A stretch of DNA of 64,000 nucleotides from Planctomycetota bacterium (GTDB lineage Bacteria; Planctomycetota; UBA1135; UBA2386): assembly GCA_965228735.1 (NCBI GenBank), contig OZ245838.1, positions 6,848,001-6,912,000 of the forward strand, written 5' to 3'. Below, piece by piece: positions 58,380-64,000 of this stretch. The stretch's first letter is position 1. Every line of letters begins with the position of its first letter. The notes under the pieces are model-generated. The model saw only the letters and a program-made list of their open reading frames with translations, made no database searches and had not been told where the DNA came from. A program made the translations under genes and the position numbers.

Positions 58380-59036
58380 TCAGTTCTTCGGGGCGGCTGG
58401 TCGCTTCGTGCCCGCGAGCGTCGTGCGGCTCAGCCACCAGTAGGCCACGAGCAGGTTCGGCACCCAGCACGACCACGACACGATGCGATAGCCGGCCTCG
58501 AACGACTGCAGGCTCATGGCGAGCGGACCGAGCTGGACGCGCAGGGTGACGGCGGCGTAGCACAGCGCGAAGCTCAGCACCATGAAGCGTCGATGGCGCG
58601 CGACGTCGCGGCGCTGGATCGCACGCACGCCGAGCGTCGTCGTCGAGAGCCACAGCACGGCGAGCACGCCGAAGCCGAGGTGAGTGGCGAGTCCGTGCAT
58701 CGAGAAGCACGCCATCGCGAGCGCCGCGAGGCCGGAGGTCGTGACGCCGAGAACGTAGATCCAGCCGAGCTTGCGATGCCATGCTCGCGCCCGGGCGAGC
58801 AGGTCGCGACGGAACCCGAACGGGCCGACCGCGAGCGCGATCCCGCCCGCGACGAAGTGCACCTCGTCGAGCCACGGCAGCCCGGGAACGGCGTTCTGCA
58901 CGTCGCGCGCGTCCTGCAGCGCGATTGCGTAGGCGCCGATCGGGATCGAGGTGATGGCGATCAGCCACCAGAGCCAGCCCGCCGAGAGCTTCTGAGGCAC
59001 GGCGGCTGCCGGGATCTCGAAGCCGTGGGCCGTCAT
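58380..59036 (-). CDS. DUF2306-like membrane protein
   Basis: 'HRKLGWIYV', 'HRRFM..SFAL..AAVTLR', 'WSCWVPNL'. Confidence 0.82.
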   Translation of the reverse strand: MTAHGFEIPAAAVPQKLSAGWLWWLIAITSIPIGAYAIALQDARDVQNAVPGLPWLDEVHFVAGGIALAVGPFGFRRDLLARARAWHRKLGWIYVLGVTTSGLAALAMACFSMHGLATHLGFGVLAVLWLSTTTLGVRAIQRRDVARHRRFMVLSFALCYAAVTLRVQLGPLAMSLQSFEAGYRIVSWSCWVPNLLVAYWWLSRTTLAGTKRPAAPKN

Positions 59037-59040
59037 GGCG

Positions 59041-60417
59041 TCACCGGCGCGATGGCAGTGTGACGCGGTTCACGATCTCGCCGTCGACCGCGTGGTGCCG
59101 GACCTCGGCGCGTTCGGCGTCGCAGTGCACCGAGAGGAAGCCGCCGCGGATGCGCAGGAAGCGCTGCCACTCGGGCTGCAGGTCCTTGCGCCAGCCGCCG
59201 GCGTGTCGATCCGAGGCGGGGCCGCACCCGAACTCCACGAGGCCGGTCACCTCGTCCACGGAGTGATACTGCCAGTGCCGGTCGCCGTTGATCACGACGA
59301 GGCCAGGGATGGTCGCGAGCAGCTCGCGCAGCTTCTGACCCTCGTGCGCGAAGCCGGAGTTGGCGTGGTTGTCGTTCTTGCCCTTGCGGTCCGGCCCGAC
59401 GACCGGCGTCGCGGACACGTAGAACTTGTGCGTCGCGTCGGACGCGCGCAGCGACTCCGCGAGCCAGTTCCACTGCTCCTGGCCGAGGATCGACTTGTCG
59501 GGCCCGTCGGGCATGCGGTTCGGCGAGCGGAACTCGCGGCCTTCCGGCAGCCAGATCTGCACGTGCCGGCCCCAACGGAACGTGCGGTAGGGCAGCTCGG
59601 ACTGCGGCACCTGCTCGCGCCAGATCTGCAGCCCCTGCGCCCACGTGAGATCGCCGTAGCGCTGGCCGGGCCAGCAGTCGTTCTTCAGCACGTCGTGATC
59701 GTCGTGCATCCAGTTCGACGGCACGCGCGCGTGGAACGTTCGCAAGAACGGCAGTGCATAGAGCCGGTTCCACTTGTAGCGCGCGGTGCGCTGGTCCTTC
59801 GCGAACGGCTTCGGCTTGTCGTAGTAGAGCGTGTCGCCGGTCTGCACGAAGAACGCGGGCTCGAGCGCGAGCATCGACCGGTAGATCCGGTGCCCGTTGG
59901 CCTTGTCGTCGCGGCGCGGGAAGTCCTGGCACGTCGAGATCACGAACGTGATCGCGGCGTCCGCGTCGCGTGCAGGCGCAGTCGTGAACGAGCCGTCGAA
60001 CACGGCGGTTGCGCTGCCGGTCGTGCGACCGAGCGCCTGGAACTCGTAGCGCGTCGCCGGCTGCAGGCGGTCGAACCGATGCTGGTGGCAGAAGTCGGTG
60101 CTCGCGTCGACCGCCGTCCACGGCGACGCGAAGCGCTGGTTCGGAGCGTCCGTTCGCCAGTAGACGAAGCGGACCTCGCCGGCGATGCCGGGCACCTGCC
60201 AGTGCGGGCGCGCCGGGTCCCACTCGTCGACGCGGTGCAGTGCGTCGGCGAACCGGGTGAGCCGGGTCCAGAGCACGGCGCTGGTCGCGGTGACCTCACC
60301 GATCTTGACGCCGTTGCCGTGAGCGGGCGGTGCGACCTCGGTCGTCGTGACCTCGGGCGGTCCGGCGCCCGGGTCCTGGGGCAGCAGCGTGAGAGCGAGG
60401 GCGAGGAGGGGCGCCAT
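59041..60417 (-). CDS. phoD: Alkaline phosphatase D family metallophosphoesterase
   Basis: 'GD..YYD', 'DDHD', 'ILG.EQ..WL', 'GDRH'. Confidence 0.85.
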   Translation of the reverse strand: MAPLLALALTLLPQDPGAGPPEVTTTEVAPPAHGNGVKIGEVTATSAVLWTRLTRFADALHRVDEWDPARPHWQVPGIAGEVRFVYWRTDAPNQRFASPWTAVDASTDFCHQHRFDRLQPATRYEFQALGRTTGSATAVFDGSFTTAPARDADAAITFVISTCQDFPRRDDKANGHRIYRSMLALEPAFFVQTGDTLYYDKPKPFAKDQRTARYKWNRLYALPFLRTFHARVPSNWMHDDHDVLKNDCWPGQRYGDLTWAQGLQIWREQVPQSELPYRTFRWGRHVQIWLPEGREFRSPNRMPDGPDKSILGQEQWNWLAESLRASDATHKFYVSATPVVGPDRKGKNDNHANSGFAHEGQKLRELLATIPGLVVINGDRHWQYHSVDEVTGLVEFGCGPASDRHAGGWRKDLQPEWQRFLRIRGGFLSVHCDAERAEVRHHAVDGEIVNRVTLPSRR

Positions 60418-60482
60418 GGCGAGGACGATACCGGATCGTCGTGGCGGAACGGCGAACCTGCTATGACCCGATGGGTCGCGTC

Positions 60483-61715
60483 ATGCTGTTCCGGTTCAGC
60501 CTCTACGGATTCCTGAAGAACCTGCGCCTGTTCGAGGCGTTCCTCGTGCTCGCGTTGCTCGATCGCGGCCTCGACTTCTTCGCGATCGGGACGCTCGTGC
60601 TCGTGCGGGAGATGACGCTGAACGTGCTCGAGGTGCCGTCGGGCGCGCTCGCCGATGCGGTGGGGCGGCGGCGCTGCATGGTCTTCAGCATGGCGGCCTA
60701 CGTCGTCGGCTACGTCGTGCTCGGCTTCTCCGAGAACTGGTGGGCGCTGGCCGGCGGGATGGTGCTCGCCGGTGCCGGTGACGCGTTTCGCACCGGCACC
60801 CACAAGGCGCTGATCTTCGCGTGGCTGCGCCAGCAGGACCGGGTCGGCGAGAAGACCGCCGTGTACGGCTACACGCGGTCGTGGTCGAAGATCGGTTCGG
60901 CGTGCTCCGCCTTGCTCGGCGGCGCGGTCGTGTTCGCGGGGTTCGGGTTCGAGACCGTGTTCTACGCGAGCGCAGTGCCGGCTGCGGTCAACCTCGTGAA
61001 CCTCGCGACCTATCCCGCGAGCCTGGATGCCGAGATCCGATCGATCGCGGGTGAACGGCCGCGGGTGTGGGGCAACCTCGTCGCGGCTCTGCGCGAGGTT
61101 CGTGAGAGCGGGCGGCTGCGCGCGCTCGTGGGGGGCAGCGCCGGCATCCAGGGCGGCTACACGGTCGCCAAGGACTACGTGCAGCCCGTGTTGTTCAGTC
61201 TCGCCGCCCTGCTGCCCGTGTTCTCCGGCGTGAGCGTCGAGCAGCGGTCGGGGCTCGTCGTCGGCGTCGTCGCGGCGGTGCTGTTCCTGCTCGCCGGCGT
61301 TGCGTCCCGCCGGGCACATCGGTTCGAGGTCCGCGCCGGCGGCGCCGATCGCGCGGTCCGTTGGCTCACGCTCGGTTTCGTGGGGGCCTACGCGGCGCTC
61401 GCCGCCCTGTTGTTCTGCGAACTCATGTGGCCCGCTGCCGCGCTCTTCGTGCTGCTCGCCGTCGGGCAGAACCTCTGGCGCCCGATCCAGGTCGCGCGCT
61501 TCGACGCGCATGCGACGGCCGCCCGCGGCAGCACGATCCTCAGCGTCGAGTCGCAGGCGAAGTCGCTCGTCGTCGCCGCGTTCGCGCCGCTCGTCGGCTG
61601 GCTCGTCGACCTCGCGACCGCGAGGACCGTTGATGGCGACGGGATCGCGCTCTGGCCCGTGCCGCTCGTCGCCGGTGGCCTCACCGTGCTGCTCGCCCGC
61701 CGCGATCTGCGCTGA
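60483..61715 (+). CDS. MFS transporter
   Basis: 'EVPSGALADAVGRR' motif A; many TM helices. Confidence 0.88.
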   Translation: MLFRFSLYGFLKNLRLFEAFLVLALLDRGLDFFAIGTLVLVREMTLNVLEVPSGALADAVGRRRCMVFSMAAYVVGYVVLGFSENWWALAGGMVLAGAGDAFRTGTHKALIFAWLRQQDRVGEKTAVYGYTRSWSKIGSACSALLGGAVVFAGFGFETVFYASAVPAAVNLVNLATYPASLDAEIRSIAGERPRVWGNLVAALREVRESGRLRALVGGSAGIQGGYTVAKDYVQPVLFSLAALLPVFSGVSVEQRSGLVVGVVAAVLFLLAGVASRRAHRFEVRAGGADRAVRWLTLGFVGAYAALAALLFCELMWPAAALFVLLAVGQNLWRPIQVARFDAHATAARGSTILSVESQAKSLVVAAFAPLVGWLVDLATARTVDGDGIALWPVPLVAGGLTVLLARRDLR

Positions 61716-61718
61716 TCG

Positions 61719-62594
61719 TCAACGCAGCAGCGGCGCGAGCGCCCGGCTGTAGGGCTCTCGAAACCGCCGCCATAGGTCCTCGTGCCGGCCGCCCGGCAGG
61801 ATGAGAGTATGCGTGTCGGGGCTGCGGCTGGCGGCGATGAGCGCGCTGGTCTCGGCCATGCGCACCTTCGGGTCGGCATCGCCGGCGACGATCAGTAGCG
61901 GCGCCCGCAGGTCGGCGAGTCGATCGACGGGCCGCAGGTCCGCGACGGGCGCGCCGAGCATCGCGGCGCCGAACCACTCCACCGGCAGCAGCGCGACATC
62001 GGGCAACGGCAGCCACGGCAGCCGGTTGTGCAGCGCGTGCCGCAGGTCGTCGTAACAACTGTCGAGCACCACGAACGCGCAGCGCTCGCCGATGTCCGGC
62101 AGCGCGTAGCCGATCGCGGCGGCGCCGAGGGAATGACCGTGCGCCCCGATCCGTTCGAAGCCGCGCGCGGTCGCCCAATCGAACCACGCGATGACGTCGA
62201 GTCGCTCGCCGTAGCCGAGCAGGATGCGGTCGCCGTCGCTCGCGCCCGTGCCGCGCAGATCGGGCATGAGCACGGCCCAGTTCCGTTCCGCGTAGTGCTC
62301 GGCGAGTGCGGTCATGGACATGCGGTTGCCGCGGATCCCGGCGAGCAACACGACGACCCGACGCGATGAGGCCTTGACGAGCCAACCGCGGACCGTGAGG
62401 CCGTCCGCGGTCGCCGCTTCGACCGACTCGACGGGGTGGCCGGCCAGCTCGGTGCGCGGCGGTATCGTTCCTGGTCGCGGCGCGGTCGCGACGGCGACCG
62501 TCAACCAGCCGAGGAAGATCCAGATCACGAACGCGAGCGTGGCCACGATTGCGCCAACGATCAGGGCGCGGCGTCGGCGGCGCGGTTTGGCCAT
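61719..62594 (-). CDS. Alpha/beta hydrolase with N-terminal anchor
   Basis: 'DLRGTGAS', GHSLG, 'GDAD', 'GGRH'. Confidence 0.88.
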   Translation of the reverse strand: MAKPRRRRRALIVGAIVATLAFVIWIFLGWLTVAVATAPRPGTIPPRTELAGHPVESVEAATADGLTVRGWLVKASSRRVVVLLAGIRGNRMSMTALAEHYAERNWAVLMPDLRGTGASDGDRILLGYGERLDVIAWFDWATARGFERIGAHGHSLGAAAIGYALPDIGERCAFVVLDSCYDDLRHALHNRLPWLPLPDVALLPVEWFGAAMLGAPVADLRPVDRLADLRAPLLIVAGDADPKVRMAETSALIAASRSPDTHTLILPGGRHEDLWRRFREPYSRALAPLLR

Positions 62595-62650
62595 GGTCGC
62601 GACCTTACCGCGAGCACCTTGTGACCGTCGCTAAAGTCGTCCGGCGACCC

Positions 62651-63280
62651 TCAGCTGCTCCAACGATGAACGAGCACGAGGGCGTCGCGGCTCGGCGCCC
62701 GGTGATGGTCGAGCAGGTCGCGCGCGATCTCGAACGGCGACCCCGTCGCCGACAGGTCGCCCGAGCACGGCCACGGCGGTGAAGCGAGGCCGGAGCTCGT
62801 GAGGATCGCGGTGTTGGCGAGGTGGCTTCGGTTCTCGACCCTGGCGCTCTGGACGCTCATGCCGTTGTCGCCTTGCAGGGTGAGCAGGGGCTGCCCGAGT
62901 TCGGTGTGGGCCGCGCACATCGCGTTGCCGACCGTGGCGAACACGCTGTGGTCGACCCCGAATCGCGCGAGCGCGACGCCGCTCGGCTTCGCGCCCGACG
63001 GGGCGACGAGTTCGGCGTCGAGCACCTGCGCGAGCAACTCGGCGGGGTCGGTGCAGACCCTCGAGTCGAGGAAGCGCAGGACCGCGTCGGTGGCGTTCGG
63101 ATCGTCGCCGGCCGTGATCACCGCCGCGACGTGGCTGTCGCGGCCGATCTCGGTGTGGGTGCAGCGATGCGGAACCGATGCGCCGGGAACGGCCGGAGCC
63201 GTCAGGCACCCGGCCTCGTAGTCCGACCCGGCGCCTGCCGCGGCGGCGGGACGTTCCGCGCTCGTTACGATCGCTGTCAT
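62651..63280 (-). CDS. Degenerate PP2C/SpoIIE (RsbX-like) fold protein
   Basis: 'GVALARF...FATVGN', 'ILTSSGL', 'IARDLL.......DALVLV' follow the RsbX layout but the DG motifs are missing. Confidence 0.45.
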   Translation of the reverse strand: MTAIVTSAERPAAAAGAGSDYEAGCLTAPAVPGASVPHRCTHTEIGRDSHVAAVITAGDDPNATDAVLRFLDSRVCTDPAELLAQVLDAELVAPSGAKPSGVALARFGVDHSVFATVGNAMCAAHTELGQPLLTLQGDNGMSVQSARVENRSHLANTAILTSSGLASPPWPCSGDLSATGSPFEIARDLLDHHRAPSRDALVLVHRWSS

Positions 63281-63394
63281 GGGGCGGCGCAGGGCCCGGT
63301 CGGGCGCCGTGCTCCTCCGGATGTCACGATCGACGTTCCGCGACGCGGCCTTGAGCCGCGATGCCAGAACCGATGGCACTGGCAGAACGGCCGG

Positions 63395-64000
63395 TCAGCG
63401 CCAGCGCACGGGCCGGGCGCGCGGCGCGAGCACCGCGCGCACGCCGAGCTGCCCTGCCGCCCCGGCACCGACGACCAGGGCCTGCACCGGGCTGTCGAGG
63501 CGCGGGTCACGTTGCGCAGATACTCGCGTGTAGGCGCCCGGCGTGTCCGACCGGGCGATCACCTGCGCCGTCGTCATCGGTCGCCCGCCGTCGAGGATGC
63601 GGCGGTAGAGCACGCGATTGCTCTCGCTCTCCTTGCTGTAGATCGCGATCGCCTGGCGACCCGGGCCCTGTGCGAGCGCGAAGTGCTCGTGGGCGATGTT
63701 GCCGGCGACGAGTTCCGGGTCCTCCGCGAGCACGCCGTTCTGCCACACCTTGCCGTCGGTCGAGTGCGCGAACATCAAGGCGCCCTTGCCGGTTCGGCCC
63801 TGCGCCGCTGCCGGATAGACGACGGTGATCGCGCCGAACGGGTCGACGAGCATCGAGCTCGCGTTCGAGACGTAACGCCCGCTCGCCGGCTTGACGCTGA
63901 CCTCGACGTGCTGCTTCTGATCGAACGTGCGGTCGGCGAGGCGGAAGCTGCGATAGCCGATCAGCGAATGACTCGGTGACGTGCGGTAGCTCGTGTGAGC
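63395..64000 (-). CDS. Hypothetical protein, C-terminal part (BNR/propeller-like)
   Basis: Frame open from 64000 to the stop at 63395; 'FAHSTDGKVW' Asp-box-like motif. Confidence 0.55.
   Translation of the reverse strand, partial: AHTSYRTSPSHSLIGYRSFRLADRTFDQKQHVEVSVKPASGRYVSNASSMLVDPFGAITVVYPAAAQGRTGKGALMFAHSTDGKVWQNGVLAEDPELVAGNIAHEHFALAQGPGRQAIAIYSKESESNRVLYRRILDGGRPMTTAQVIARSDTPGAYTRVSAQRDPRLDSPVQALVVGAGAAGQLGVRAVLAPRARPVRWR

Overview
High-GC bacterial genomic DNA. The gene content suggests an uncultured Planctomycetota lineage (inference): an ECF sigma paired with a Ser/Thr kinase, TPR kinases, DUF1570, and many secreted beta-propeller proteins. About 50 CDS, mostly secreted hydrolases, sensors and regulators. 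No rRNA, complete tRNA or CRISPR-cas seen. The left end looks like a decayed mobile-element junction: an AbiEi/AbiEii type IV toxin-antitoxin pair, a serine-recombinase C-terminal remnant overlapping a tRNA-3'-like ACCA and terminator, a group II intron domain V-VI remnant ending on an araC start codon, and a solo IS3-family end. Two window-wide patterns stand out. About 16 predicted signal peptides are followed by Gln (a Bacteroidetes-like 'Q-rule'). Three unrelated secreted propeller proteins plus an orphan fragment share one C-terminal domain, a candidate undescribed sorting/surface-display signal. Other notable loci: an M48 peptidase-TerB-like/YbjN-like pair, a propeller-diheme cytochrome c fusion, a PP2C/RsbX-like pseudo-phosphatase, and several gene fragments in intergenic spacers. 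All family calls are by-eye motif recognition; no searches were run.
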